Source of the DNA: a bacterium | GTDB taxonomy: Bacteria > UBA10199 > 2-02-FULL-44-16 > JAAZCA01 | DNA length: 64,000 bases | Direction: 5' to 3' | Assembly (NCBI GenBank): GCA_963674695.2 | Contig: CAXXGI010000003.1 | Span: 448,001-512,000 of the forward strand | Shown: in pieces, positions 19,088 through 30,133 of the stretch | Numbering within the stretch: position 1 is the stretch's first letter | How the letters are laid out: every line of letters starts with the position of its first letter | Notes under the pieces: model-generated | What the model was told of the DNA's origin: nothing | The model's input: the letters and a program-made list of their open reading frames with translations, nothing else | Databases searched by the model: none | Program-made: the position numbers and the translations under genes

Positions 19088-20881
19088 ATGCAATCGCACA
19101 TCCGAAATTTCTGTATCATCGCGCATATCGATCATGGCAAGTCGACGCTCGCCGATCGTCTGCTCGAGGTGACCGGTGCGCTGACTTCGCGCGAACATCG
19201 CGAGCAGTTTCTCGACACCATGGATCTCGAGCGCGAGCGCGGCATCACGATCAAGGCGCAGAGCGTGCGCCTGAACTATCGCGCCAAAGATGGAGTGACC
19301 TACGAACTCAATTTGATCGACACGCCGGGACACGTCGATTTTCACTACGAGGTGAGCCGGTCGTTGGCCGCCTGTGACGGCGCGCTGCTCGTCATCGATG
19401 CGACCCAGGGCGTGCAGGCACAGACGCTCGCCAATGCGTTGCTGGCGATGAACAACAACCTCGAGATCGTTCCCGTCATCAACAAGATCGATCTGCCCAG
19501 CGCCGATGTCGATGCGGTTCGCGCCCAGTGCGAGGATATCCTGGCGCTTCCCGGAGAGGTGGCCATCCCCATCTCGGCAAAGACGGGCGTAGGGATTGAA
19601 GATGTTCTCGAAGCGATCGTCGCACGGTTGCCGGCGCCAAGCGGAGATCCCACAGCAAGGCCGCGCGCCCTCATCTTCGACAGCTGGTTCGACAGCTATA
19701 TGGGCGCGGTCGCCCTCGTTCGCGTCGTGGACGGCACGATCGAAACCGGGATGAAGATTCGGCTCATGCACGCCGACCGCCTCTTCGAGGTGCAGCGCCT
19801 CTCCGTCGCCGATCCCTTTCGCCGCGATGTCGCGCGCCTCGATGCAGGGGATGTGGGCACGGTCATTGCGAACATCAAGACGATCGCCGACGCCCGCGTG
19901 GGCGACACGATCACCTCGGAAGAGAATCCCGCCACCACGCCGCTGGCGGGTTTTAAGGACGTGAAGCCGATGGTCTTTGCCGGTCTCTATCCGACCGATC
20001 CCGGGCAGTACGACGAGTTGCGCGATGCCATGGAGAAACTACGGCTCAACGACGCGGCCTTTCGCTTCGAGCCCGAGAGTTCCACCGCGCTCGGGTTCGG
20101 CTTCCGCGCCGGGTTTTTGGGATCGCTGCATCTCGAGATCGTGCAAGAGCGCTTGGAGCGCGAATACGATCTGACCCTCGTCTCCACCGCGCCGACGGTG
20201 GTCTACGAGGTCCTTCAGACCGACGGCCAGGTTGTGCAGATCGACAACCCCGCGCGCCTGCCCGAGCCGCAGAAGATCGAAGAGGTGCGTGAACCGTATG
20301 CGCGCGCGAAGGTGCTCTGTCCGACCGACACGCTCGGGGGCATCATGCAGGTCTGTCAGGATCGGCGCGGCGAGCAGGTGCATATGGAATATTTTGGCAC
20401 CGATCGTGTGCTCATTGAATATCACATGCCCTTTTCGGAGATGATGTTCGACTTCTTCGACAAGCTCAAATCCGTCTCGCGTGGATACGCCTCGCTCGAC
20501 TACGAGATCATCGGCTATCGCAAGGCCAAGCTCCTCAAACTGACGGTGCTCATCAACGGCGATCCGGTCGACGCGCTCTCGACCATCGTGCATCGAGAGG
20601 ATGCTCCGTACAAGGGGCGCGAGCTCGTGCAGAAGCTGCGCGGCCTCATTCCGCGGCAGATGTATGACGTCGCCATTCAGGCGGCAATCGGCGGGCGGAT
20701 CGTCGCACGCGAGACGGTCAAGGCGATGCGCAAGGACGTGACGGCCAAATGTTATGGGGGCGATATCACGCGCAAACGCAAACTCCTGGAGAAGCAGAAA
20801 GAAGGAAAGAAGCGCATGAAGCGCGTCGGCTCCGTCGACATCCCCCAGGAAGCGTTCTTGAGTGTTCTCAAGGTCAGGTGA
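19088..20881 (+). CDS. lepA: Elongation factor 4
   Basis: [53 protein letters not shown]. Confidence 0.98.
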   Translation: MQSHIRNFCIIAHIDHGKSTLADRLLEVTGALTSREHREQFLDTMDLERERGITIKAQSVRLNYRAKDGVTYELNLIDTPGHVDFHYEVSRSLAACDGALLVIDATQGVQAQTLANALLAMNNNLEIVPVINKIDLPSADVDAVRAQCEDILALPGEVAIPISAKTGVGIEDVLEAIVARLPAPSGDPTARPRALIFDSWFDSYMGAVALVRVVDGTIETGMKIRLMHADRLFEVQRLSVADPFRRDVARLDAGDVGTVIANIKTIADARVGDTITSEENPATTPLAGFKDVKPMVFAGLYPTDPGQYDELRDAMEKLRLNDAAFRFEPESSTALGFGFRAGFLGSLHLEIVQERLEREYDLTLVSTAPTVVYEVLQTDGQVVQIDNPARLPEPQKIEEVREPYARAKVLCPTDTLGGIMQVCQDRRGEQVHMEYFGTDRVLIEYHMPFSEMMFDFFDKLKSVSRGYASLDYEIIGYRKAKLLKLTVLINGDPVDALSTIVHREDAPYKGRELVQKLRGLIPRQMYDVAIQAAIGGRIVARETVKAMRKDVTAKCYGGDITRKRKLLEKQKEGKKRMKRVGSVDIPQEAFLSVLKVR

Positions 20882-20891
20882 GTCCAAAGGT

Positions 20892-20990
20892 TGTCATCCC
20901 GACCGGAGCCCAGAATTGGGCGTAGTGGAGGGATCCCTTGTTATTTGTCATCCTGAGCGGAGGTCCGAAGGACCAGAGTCGAAGGATCTC
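20892..20990. repeat. Two tandem REP-like palindromes (TGTCATCC...GGATC[CT]C)
   Basis: 20892-20937 and 20946-20990 share ends and have internal hairpins. Confidence 0.7.
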
Positions 20991-21013
20991 GATCGGAATA
21001 GAGGAGCATCTTC

Positions 21014-21763
21014 ATGGCTGATGTCACCGAGAAGACGGTCAAAAAGAAGAAAAAGAGCACCTTCCGCGAATATGTCGAGTCGTTGGGGCTGGCGATCATC
21101 GTGGCCCTCATCATTCGGGCGTTCGTGATCGAGGCGTTCAAAATTCCGTCCGGTTCGATGCTGCCCACGCTCTCGATCGGCGATCATATCTTCGTCAACA
21201 AGTTCGCCTACGGCCTGCGCGTTCCGCTGACGAAGAGACACATCATCGAATTCGACGGACCGGAGCGCGGGGATGTGATCGTCTTCATCTTTCCCGAGGA
21301 CGAGTCCAAGGATTTCATCAAGCGCGTCATCGGAAAACCGGGCGATCAGATCCACATCGAGGGAGAAGGCGTCTGGGTCAATGGCGAGGAGTTGCCTAAA
21401 CGACAGCTCTCGGTGAAGGCCTATCCGAACGATCGCAAACGCCTCGAAGTGCACAACGGCACGGTGAAGACCATTCCCTTCGAGCGCGGATGGCGCGACT
21501 TCGAATTCTCTGAAGAGAAGGTGGGGAAGATCGATCATCTCGTTCAGTATGAGAATTTCCTGGAACGCCCGACCTACGATATCGTCGTCCCGCCGGATCA
21601 CTACTTCGTCATGGGGGACAACCGCGATAACTCCGCCGACAGCCGCGAGTGGGGGTTTGTGCCTGCGGAGAACGTCAAGGGGAAGGCGATGTTCGTCTGG
21701 CTGCCGCTCGACAAAGATCACGGCGGCATCCGCTGGCACGAATTCGGAAGATGGATTGAATGA
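21014..21763 (+). CDS. lepB: Signal peptidase I
   Basis: FKIPSGSMLPTL (Ser), FIKRVIG (Lys), YFVMGDNRDNSADSR. Confidence 0.96.
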   Translation: MADVTEKTVKKKKKSTFREYVESLGLAIIVALIIRAFVIEAFKIPSGSMLPTLSIGDHIFVNKFAYGLRVPLTKRHIIEFDGPERGDVIVFIFPEDESKDFIKRVIGKPGDQIHIEGEGVWVNGEELPKRQLSVKAYPNDRKRLEVHNGTVKTIPFERGWRDFEFSEEKVGKIDHLVQYENFLERPTYDIVVPPDHYFVMGDNRDNSADSREWGFVPAENVKGKAMFVWLPLDKDHGGIRWHEFGRWIE

Positions 21764-21814
21764 TGATCCTGTCATTTGGCGGAAAGAATCCCCTATCTGG
21801 TGGTCTTCTCTTGT

Positions 21815-22597
21815 TCACAATGGAATAGGATGGAAAAGAATCTCTTCAGGGTTATGCTCCGACTGGAAATCGTTGAGATAAATTCTGTAACACTGGTAGA
21901 GTGGATCCATCCCAAATCCTACACTATCCCATAGGCTTTCAACTTCATACATGTTGATGCGATCACACGTTCGGATCCGTTCTTCCCCCGAGTCTTCTTG
22001 AGTGCCCGGCAGACATTCTCCAGGGTCCGTTGATCGGTTGTAATAAAGCCCTGGCGTGGGGTCCACGAGGATCCATCTGCCTATGCCGTCAGGGTGCTCC
22101 TCGACGAATATCTCCAGGAAGGCATGTCCTGCATAGTCACCACCTTCAGTAAGGAAGCTCTTGTCTATGCCTTCCACGAATATGGAAGGAAATCCGCTCG
22201 CTCGTGCGAGTCCAGCAAAGGCTATGGCATTGTCATGACAACTTTTGTACCTTCCATCGGTGAGGATCTGGTCCAGGTCCCTCGTCATTCTTACGCTATC
22301 ATTCGTGTTATCGAGTGTCGGAAGGCTCTGAACTATTTGATTGATGTCACTCAACGCGGCGAGGCTTTTTTCCGGGCGAACCTCTTCAAGCATTTCCCAG
22401 AGTATGGAATTGTTTTTTGCAGTCGTCTCAGCGGATAGGTTTGTAAAGCGATCCCTATCATCATCTGTATTTCTATTCCTTTGAAGCGGATCGCAGGAAT
22501 CACTCTCTTTTTTCTGGGGTCTTGTTCCGGAAGTGCATGCATTCAACAATGCGATAGAGGCAAGGCCAAGCGCGTATGCGAGCAGCGGAACAGGCAT
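21815..22597 (-). CDS. Transglutaminase-like lipoprotein
   Basis: Lipobox LNAC; Cys-His-Asp motifs SCHDNAIAFAGLARASG, GHAFLEIF, WILVDPT; lower GC than neighbours. Confidence 0.75.
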   Translation of the reverse strand: MPVPLLAYALGLASIALLNACTSGTRPQKKESDSCDPLQRNRNTDDDRDRFTNLSAETTAKNNSILWEMLEEVRPEKSLAALSDINQIVQSLPTLDNTNDSVRMTRDLDQILTDGRYKSCHDNAIAFAGLARASGFPSIFVEGIDKSFLTEGGDYAGHAFLEIFVEEHPDGIGRWILVDPTPGLYYNRSTDPGECLPGTQEDSGEERIRTCDRINMYEVESLWDSVGFGMDPLYQCYRIYLNDFQSEHNPEEILFHPIPL

Positions 22598-22758
22598 ATA
22601 TGCTCCATCATTAAAACCGCCCCTTACTCTTATTATCGGCAGAACCTCTTAAATGTTTCGCGTTATTTGGGCACGTGTTTCTCTCACGGAAGGGTTGTCA
22701 TTCCTTAGTGAGTTCGGGGGTTTATAATAGTGCCAGACGAATCAATCCCTGATGCCTG

Positions 22759-23433
22759 TCATCCTTTTTCCGCGATCCAGATCGTATGGCGGGCCGCGCT
22801 CTGGCGACCTTGTGATCGGACCCGAACTTCTTCCACTTCAAATCCGGATTGGCGCAGGGCTTTGGTGAAGGTCGCATCCGGTGTGGCCGACCAGACGGCC
22901 AACACGCCCGTCTCTTGAAGGGCGGCGTGCGATGCCCGGAGTCCATCGTCGGAGTAGAGCCAGTCGTTTCCCCTGTGCGTTAGCCCGTCAGGGCCGTTAT
23001 CGACATCCAGTAGGATGGCGTCGAATGCGGCGCGCTCATTTCTGATGATTTCAGCGACGTCGGCCTCACGGATGCTGACCCGTTCATCCCGAATCGGATG
23101 TCCGGCCAGATGGCCAAGGTGTTCTCGATTCCACGCCACCACCGCCGGGACGAGCTCGGCAACCAGAACCTGCGCGGGGCAGGGGAGTTCGCACAGCGCT
23201 GCGGCCAGGGTGAACCCCAGCCCCAATCCTCCGATCAGCACGCAGGGCTCAGGACGCCCGGCGACTCGCTTGCATGCAAGCCTGCCGAGGGCATCCTCAG
23301 ATTCATGGGAGGAGCTGTTCATGAGCTCGAGCCCATCCACACGGATCGAATAGGCATCGCCTCGCCGGTGGAGGCTGATCTCTCCTGCGTTATCCGGCAT
23401 TTGTGCGCGATCGATCGTTTTCCAGGGGATCAC
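22759..23433 (-). CDS. Spermidine-synthase-like SAM-dependent transferase
   Basis: VLIGGLGLGFT, FDAILLDVDNGP. Confidence 0.8.
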   Translation of the reverse strand: MIPWKTIDRAQMPDNAGEISLHRRGDAYSIRVDGLELMNSSSHESEDALGRLACKRVAGRPEPCVLIGGLGLGFTLAAALCELPCPAQVLVAELVPAVVAWNREHLGHLAGHPIRDERVSIREADVAEIIRNERAAFDAILLDVDNGPDGLTHRGNDWLYSDDGLRASHAALQETGVLAVWSATPDATFTKALRQSGFEVEEVRVRSQGRQSAARHTIWIAEKG

Positions 23434-23619
23434 AGGCGACTCCAAAAGTGATGATCTGTGACACTATATTCATTGAGATGGCATCGCAAGGGGAAGTGAG
23501 CCGGCGCGCGTGCTCAAGCGTTGATGTACGGTCATCTGCGAGTGGTGAAAATTGCCTATACGAAGGCCTCAAAATGATATAGGACGCTCGTTCACCCCAC
23601 TTCAAAAAGGAGTTTTTCA

Positions 23620-24447
23620 ATGGTCAGTGAATACGAACAGGATATTGCCATCTACATCAAGAAGTATAAGAAATTTCTTCCGCTTGTTTTGGTTGGGCTG
23701 ATCGCGCTGTTCGTTCTCGCCGACGGCTTCTTTACGATTCAACCGGGTGAGGTGGGCATCAAAGTTCGATTGGGCAAGATCGTCGATTCCTATTCAGAGG
23801 GTCTCTACTTCAAAATTCCCTTTGTCGAGAAGATCGATCGCTTCAGCATTCGCATCCAACGCGCCGACATCGAGACATCGGCGTTCAGCAATGACATGCA
23901 GACGATCGTCGTCGATATGGTGGTCAACCATCGCATCGAAAAGGGGACGGTCGTCTCGATTTATCGAAACCTCGGTCCGGACTATGTGAAGACGGTCATC
24001 GATCCCATCACCCAGGAGGCGGTGAAGTCTATTACCGCCAAATATTCAGCGGAAAAAATCATTTCGAACCGAGCGGATGTCACGCGGGAAATGGATCAGG
24101 TCGTCAAATCGCGTTTGGAAGAGAAGCAGATTATCGTCACCGATCTGTCCATCACGAATTTCGAATTTACACCGGACTTCCTGAAGTCGGTCGAGGACAA
24201 ACAGATTGCGGAACAGATGGCGAAGAAGGCCGAGAAGGACGTCGAACGCGTCAAGAAGGAGGCCATCCAGGTGATCGAGCGCGCGGGCGCCGAGGCGGAA
24301 TCGCTGCGGCTTCAGCGCGAGGCGGTTTCGGATCAGTTGATCGAACTCAGAAAGGTCGAGGCGCAGATCAAGGCGATCGAGAAGTGGAATGGCGTTCTGC
24401 CCCAGTACACCGGCGGCGGCGCTGTGCCCTTTATCAACGTGAAATAG
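23620..24447 (+). CDS. Prohibitin/SPFH domain protein
   Basis: N-terminal TM, GLYFKIPF, KSVEDKQIAEQ coiled coil, IEKWNGVLP. Confidence 0.9.
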   Translation: MVSEYEQDIAIYIKKYKKFLPLVLVGLIALFVLADGFFTIQPGEVGIKVRLGKIVDSYSEGLYFKIPFVEKIDRFSIRIQRADIETSAFSNDMQTIVVDMVVNHRIEKGTVVSIYRNLGPDYVKTVIDPITQEAVKSITAKYSAEKIISNRADVTREMDQVVKSRLEEKQIIVTDLSITNFEFTPDFLKSVEDKQIAEQMAKKAEKDVERVKKEAIQVIERAGAEAESLRLQREAVSDQLIELRKVEAQIKAIEKWNGVLPQYTGGGAVPFINVK

Positions 24448-24539
24448 AACGGTTTCGCTTCAGTGCAAATGATCAGGGGCATGATCCCTTTGTGCGATGG
24501 GCACAAGGGTTCATGCCCCTGGTTTTTGTCCGCTCATTC

Positions 24540-25430
24540 TCATGTCGGAAGTGTTTGTGTCGCCTGTGGGTCGAGATGGACGTCCATCTGCGGGAAGGCG
24601 ATGACCACGCCAGCTTGTCTCAGGGCTTCATTGACGCGGCATCTGACTTCGCTCTCGTGTTTCCATCGCTGCACCCTGGTCTTTGCCTGGTGGGCAAAAT
24701 AAAGCTGAAATTCCAGTTTGCTCTCGCCATACTTCCAGAAGAGGGTGAAGGGGGTCGGTTTTTCCAGCGTATCTTCACAGGCCATCGCCGCATGTACCAT
24801 GAGCGTTGAAGCCTTCTCGATATCGGACGCATAGGTGATTCCCACATCGATCTTGGTGAGGATGACATCGTCATTGAGCGTCCAATTGGTGATCTTGTTT
24901 TCGAGGAGTTCGCTGTTGGGAAAGAGGACGTGCATATTGTTTGCCGTCATGAGCCTGGTGCTGCGGATGCCGATATCCTCGACGATGCCAGTCGACCCCT
25001 TGACCTCTATGACGTCGTTCACGCGGATCGGTCTCTCCGCCATCAGGATGAAGCCGCCGATGATGTTACTGATGAGGTTCTTGCACCCAAAGCCAAGGCC
25101 CACTGCAAGTCCGCCGCCGAGGAATGCAAATGTGGTGAGCGGAAGTTCGATGGTCCTCATCGCGAGAAAAAATGCCGTGATGACGATGAAGAGGGAGACG
25201 ATCCTCGCGATGACCCCGATGCCCTGCGGATTTATTCGCTGGCTTGAGGCGAGTTGCCTTTTGATGACTCGCCTGACGATGCTCGCGATAATAAAGCCGA
25301 CGATGAGGATGATGAAGGCGGTTATGACCTTTCCCGCCGTTATCGGATCCGTGCGAACGGTCCAGAGCTTAAAGTCCCAGATCCTGTCCAGCCCTTGCCA
25401 TATGGCCCTCATATCAATGGTTGATAACAT
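24540..25430 (-). CDS. Small-conductance mechanosensitive channel (MscS family)
   Basis: GLGFGCKNLISNIIGGFILMAERPIRVND, IGIRST, IAFPQMDVHL. Confidence 0.92.
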   Translation of the reverse strand: MLSTIDMRAIWQGLDRIWDFKLWTVRTDPITAGKVITAFIILIVGFIIASIVRRVIKRQLASSQRINPQGIGVIARIVSLFIVITAFFLAMRTIELPLTTFAFLGGGLAVGLGFGCKNLISNIIGGFILMAERPIRVNDVIEVKGSTGIVEDIGIRSTRLMTANNMHVLFPNSELLENKITNWTLNDDVILTKIDVGITYASDIEKASTLMVHAAMACEDTLEKPTPFTLFWKYGESKLEFQLYFAHQAKTRVQRWKHESEVRCRVNEALRQAGVVIAFPQMDVHLDPQATQTLPT

Positions 25431-25776
25431 GACATCCCCCTTTTGAACGAATCTACCAAATCATCGGGCCTCCGTACATGGCAAAGCGCATGACGGAAGT
25501 AGTGCAATATGAGGTGCAGACGTATAGCCTCGTTCCCCCCGCATCAGACGAAGTAAATTCCAGCACCAATATCGCCCCTGCCGTCAGACGAAGCAAATTT
25601 TGGGATGCGCGGCTGCGAGAGGTATGATTTCTTCGTGAATTCCATGTATTGATCTGAAATCAGCTAGATTCGAGCAAAAATGGGTGTTGGCGGGGGATCC
25701 TCACGCCGACAATGAACAGCGGTGCGTGCTTTGCGCACACCCCCGTCGTGCTTCACAGGAGAGGAAGCGGGTTCGT

Positions 25777-26550
25777 TCATCGGATGTGGGCGGCTACAGA
25801 AACGGGCGAGGCCTGTGGCGGTGGTCGCGTGATACGCGAGGCCATGAAGTCGGTCACCGTACGCCCCATGCGTTGACAGAGCTCTCGATACTGGGCCAGC
25901 ACCCAGTCCGGATCGCCGATGAACGGCGTGTGCGAGATGTTCATGCGCCGACGCTGAAACATCATGGCCTCGACGATCCCTCGATATTCCTGCTGCCGCT
26001 GCGCTGCCGTGCGCCCCAGCGCCAGATACGATGGCGACGGCGTGATGAGCTTGTCGGGCTTTCCGTGGGCGTAATACGCATATGACGACCAGCGGTATTT
26101 TCTCGGATGCTTCACCTTCTTTGCCCGATGCGAGTTTAAGTCGACATAGGCCATGGCCGTAAGCATGTGCTCGTCCGATTTGATGCGAGGGGATTTGAAC
26201 CGATCCATGACCACCTGCCCGCGCCGTCCGAGGCGCTTGTTGACCTGGCGTGCGAATTGGCTGTGAACGGTCTGAAAGAGGCGGGAGAACTGCTCCCGAT
26301 CGGCTAGCGTGCCGATCAGATGCGGATGGTTGTCCATGAAGCTGTAGGCGTGAAACTGTACGCCATATCGGTCCTTATACTTCACCAGCAGGTCATAGTA
26401 GATCTGTTTGGCCCAGTCCCACTTGAGAAGCCAGTCCTGGTTGTGGCACTGCCAGGTGACATGAAAGGCAGCGCCGTCGAAGATGATTTCACATCGGGGG
26501 TGATAGGCCATGCCCTCAAGCGTAGCAATTCGCATGCCATGTTGAATCAA
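25777..26550 (-). mobile_element. REP-associated tyrosine transposase (RAYT, IS200/Y1 HUH family)
   Basis: FHVTWQCHN, YSFMDNHPHL (HUH), RFKS, YVDLN, YRWSSY; start uncertain (26550 or 26511). Confidence 0.85.
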
Positions 26551-26897
26551 CGGAAAAACAGGGGGTTAGCGGATCATCGCTGCCGCAAAATGCTACAGCT
26601 GCAGCAAATGGCGGCACCGTGAGCGAAATGGGCAGGCAGAACATCTGCTCTGTCTCAGGGAGAAAGTTTACTCCGTCTGAGGGGCGGGGCGGGGAAGGCG
26701 GTTTTGGTTGTTCTGTGTTCCGAATTGGTGTTCATGGGGCCGAACACGCCGTTCGAAAATCGGAACAATTTCCACGAAAAAATCACGCAACAAATCTCGA
26801 ATTCTCGCGATAAATCAGGCAGTTTTCGGTTCTTCTCCCATTTGGAACATTTCTTGCTTAGATATGATCGATTGCGCGAAATAAAGGTCGGCCTCCT

Positions 26898-29099
26898 ATG
26901 ATGATCATGAAGCATATCCAAAATCGGAAACCCCTCTTTCTTTATGCGGGAAGTGTAATTGGCGCTACGGTCATTCTGCTGGCCCTCATCATCTGTGAAG
27001 AGTTCCTTTTTTTGGGTCGGTTTCAAGCGGGATCAATCCTCTGTGGAGCGGAGGTTGTATTCTCCCTCTTCACATCAGCCTTTCTCTTTTTCTCATTGCA
27101 TCGAAAAGGCTTCACGAACAGCAAGCGAAATGCGATCGTTTCCCTTGCTCCTTTCTTTTGTTTCCTCGGCATGGCGGATGGTTTTTATTGTTATCGGTAT
27201 TATCTGCACCACTATTCCAATAAGACGGTCGCTTCGTTTCTCCTTGTGACCGTTCCTTATACGCTGTCCTATTTGATGGGGGCGGTGGCCATTATTCTGC
27301 ATGATCCACGCATCTTTAAAAAGTCGATCAAGACGCCATTTGTTTTTATCCCTGTTGCCCTGACCATTCCAGTGTTTCTTCATTGTGCCCATGCTACATT
27401 CCAGGCGAACAATTACAGTCTTCGCGACTTTGGGTTATTGCTCAACACGATAACGTCGTTCATCTTTATTGTTACCTGTATCATCAACCTTCTTGTCAAC
27501 AGGGGAGTACGATGGGCGGTCTTCTGTATCGGCGGCATGACGCTGATTATCGTCAACTGGTCCTTGGGGACAGAATTGATGCAAGGGGCAGAATATCACT
27601 TTGGATATTACGAATATTTCTGGTCATTCGGTGTTTTTCTCTGTGTGATGTCCGCGATATGGTTTCAATCGGAATCGTTGGAAGCTGATGCTGATGATGA
27701 CAGCATTATTCCACAAATGAGAGTAATCGTGTTTGCAGTTATTACCTTCTTTGTCCTCGGTATGGCCATTATTCACCGGTTCCATTTTTCTGCTGTCAAA
27801 ATGATTTCGCTGGGAATAACAATTGGGAGCATCGCTGCGGTCTATGCGGGCGAGATACTGGCGGAGCGTATTGCACATTATTCGTCGCTTATGGGGAGGT
27901 TCGTCAGAGGGAATGCTCATGCGGAGCATTGCGACGATGAGATTAGGGCGATTCCGGTGGAATTGCGCGAGGTATATGAGACGACGTTTCGAGGACAGCT
28001 CGAAATGGAGCGTGTGAAGAGGCAGTCGGAGATGCATATGCAGCAACTTGGAGCGCATGTGGCTCATGATATCCGAAGTCCGATATCTGTTCTCAAGGCG
28101 TTTGTTCAATATGCGTCTGAAACGAATTCTCCCGTAGAGGAAGAGTTTGTCGCGTCGGCGAGAAGGAGTGTTGAAAGAATAGTGAGCATGGCAGGGCAGA
28201 TTCTCGATTATTCAAAGGCTACACATATTTCTCATACAAGTGTCAGGATTGGATCGCTGATAGGCTGCGTGATATCCGATGTAAACGCCTCGAGGAAGAG
28301 TAATATCATCAATTGTGCGTATGATGATATGGAGGCATCTGTCCGTCTGGATCACGGTAAAATGGAAAGGGTGCTCGTAAATATCATTGATAATGCATTG
28401 TCCGCTGTCGATGCTGAAGGAGGGACTGTTCATATCGATACGCGCGTGCGTGATGATGGGCATCTCTCCCTTCGTATTATGGATAACGGACGAGGGATTG
28501 AAGCAAGTCACATGGATAAAGTATTTGATCAGTACTTTACGTATGGGAAAAAACACGGCACCGGGCTTGGGCTGGCGTATTGTAAGCAGGTGGTCGAGGC
28601 ACATGGAGGGACGATTGCGGTGGCCAGCGAGGTAGGGAAGGGGACGACGTTCACGATTCATATCCCGAACTGTGTCGTATCGGGCCGGGAGCGGGACGAT
28701 CGCGTCACGACGAGGGCCGATGTGGTGAGCATCAATGTGAGCCAGAAGAACATCCTCATCGCCGATGACGATGCGGATATCCGCCGACAGTGGAAGCGCA
28801 TCGTCGACGCCCAAGGAGGCTCGATCATCTGTTCGGCCGGGAGCGCCGAAGAGGTGCAGGCGCGAAGCGATATCGATTATGCCGGGATCGACACCGCGAT
28901 CGTCGATTACAACTACGAAGGGTATGCCCTCAACGGTGTGGACCTGGTGGCCTATCTCAAGGGCAAGGGCGTGCGAAATGTCCATCTCTGTACCGGTTTT
29001 CACGACGACGAAGAGATCCGTCGCCGCGCCAAGGAGGCGGGCGCCGATTCCGTTATCCCTAAGCCGATCGACGAGGGGACTGTATCTCGGATGATTTAG
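26898..29099 (+). CDS. Multi-TM hybrid sensor histidine kinase/response regulator
   Basis: About 9 TM segments; H-box VAHDIRSP; NIIDNA, DNGRGI, GTGLGL; receiver ILIADDD...IVDY...IPKP. Confidence 0.92.
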   Translation: MMIMKHIQNRKPLFLYAGSVIGATVILLALIICEEFLFLGRFQAGSILCGAEVVFSLFTSAFLFFSLHRKGFTNSKRNAIVSLAPFFCFLGMADGFYCYRYYLHHYSNKTVASFLLVTVPYTLSYLMGAVAIILHDPRIFKKSIKTPFVFIPVALTIPVFLHCAHATFQANNYSLRDFGLLLNTITSFIFIVTCIINLLVNRGVRWAVFCIGGMTLIIVNWSLGTELMQGAEYHFGYYEYFWSFGVFLCVMSAIWFQSESLEADADDDSIIPQMRVIVFAVITFFVLGMAIIHRFHFSAVKMISLGITIGSIAAVYAGEILAERIAHYSSLMGRFVRGNAHAEHCDDEIRAIPVELREVYETTFRGQLEMERVKRQSEMHMQQLGAHVAHDIRSPISVLKAFVQYASETNSPVEEEFVASARRSVERIVSMAGQILDYSKATHISHTSVRIGSLIGCVISDVNASRKSNIINCAYDDMEASVRLDHGKMERVLVNIIDNALSAVDAEGGTVHIDTRVRDDGHLSLRIMDNGRGIEASHMDKVFDQYFTYGKKHGTGLGLAYCKQVVEAHGGTIAVASEVGKGTTFTIHIPNCVVSGRERDDRVTTRADVVSINVSQKNILIADDDADIRRQWKRIVDAQGGSIICSAGSAEEVQARSDIDYAGIDTAIVDYNYEGYALNGVDLVAYLKGKGVRNVHLCTGFHDDEEIRRRAKEAGADSVIPKPIDEGTVSRMI

Positions 29100-29128
29100 C
29101 GCGTGCACAACGATGAGGAGATATCTCG

Positions 29129-29938
29129 ATGAATCTAGAATCGATACAATGTGATGCGCTGCCCGATGGATACGAAGACGCGTTTTTCGAATCTCTTTTG
29201 TCGCCGGCTCGGATCGAGCTAGAGCCGTGTGTATGGTATGAGGGGGATGAGGCGTTTCGGATATTTACGACGGTTCCCGATGATGTGATCACGGCGGAAT
29301 CGGTTCGTTTCTTTCGAAATCTTCAGGAAGGGCGGGAAAAACAAAAGATCATCAGCTTCTTTGCAAATAGGCCCTTGTCTCTGAACGATGAACTCATGCG
29401 AAATGATGACCATGGGTATGTCAAGATAAGCATGATCAAGAACAGTCCATTTGTGTTTAATGAAAAATCGGTGCCTTGCACGGATTATGGTCTTGAAATG
29501 CGCGAGGGGTATCATGCTCCGTATCATGATCAGATTCTGAAATTATTTCCGGAGGACAGACGTTTTGTTGAACGCGATGCTCGGGTCAAGGCGCTCATGG
29601 GTCATGATGCTCGACTTTATCATTCGTTCGCTCAAGAGAGCGAGCATCTCTATTTTGCGAAAGACGAACGACTCATCTCATTGGTTTCAGTGATGCAGAT
29701 GGATCAGTGTGCCTATCACTACGCCTACAAACTGATAAGTCTTATCTGGATAGCGGAGGGCCTCGATGATGGGGTCAAACGGGGAATCATGCGCTCAATC
29801 TTTGATTGGCTCAACCTGCGTAAGGCTCCATTTTCTGGTGGGATCCTTTACGAAAACAAGCGGTCGATAAAATCGGCTGCACGGAACGCATTTGAACCCT
29901 ACTTCTGTCGCTTCATTCCGTGGGGATTGTTCTTCTAG
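29129..29938 (+). CDS. Hypothetical protein (possible GNAT-like C-terminal fold)
   Basis: Long low-GC ORF with RBS GAGGAG; C-terminal GILYENKRSIKSAARNAF resembles GNAT motif B. Confidence 0.55.
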   Translation: MNLESIQCDALPDGYEDAFFESLLSPARIELEPCVWYEGDEAFRIFTTVPDDVITAESVRFFRNLQEGREKQKIISFFANRPLSLNDELMRNDDHGYVKISMIKNSPFVFNEKSVPCTDYGLEMREGYHAPYHDQILKLFPEDRRFVERDARVKALMGHDARLYHSFAQESEHLYFAKDERLISLVSVMQMDQCAYHYAYKLISLIWIAEGLDDGVKRGIMRSIFDWLNLRKAPFSGGILYENKRSIKSAARNAFEPYFCRFIPWGLFF

Positions 29939-30133
29939 TCCGGATACGGCGGAGTATTGTGTACGTTCTTTAGAGTCCTTTCCACAAAACCCTGAATTCT
30001 TTCATTGACTTGCGAGGGATGGGCGAGCTAGAAGGGGGCCGCTCGATGACGGGGCCTGACCCGGAAATGCGGTGTACGCGCGAGCCCAAGGCCTCCCGAA
30101 TGCAAACGGGGGGCATTTTTCAAGGAGCCCATC

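Noticed and set aside
30040-30085. Hammerhead ribozyme in the pyrR leader
   Set aside because: GATGA...GAAA spacing is suggestive, but the CUGANGA core and the A-U/UH cleavage triplet are missing.
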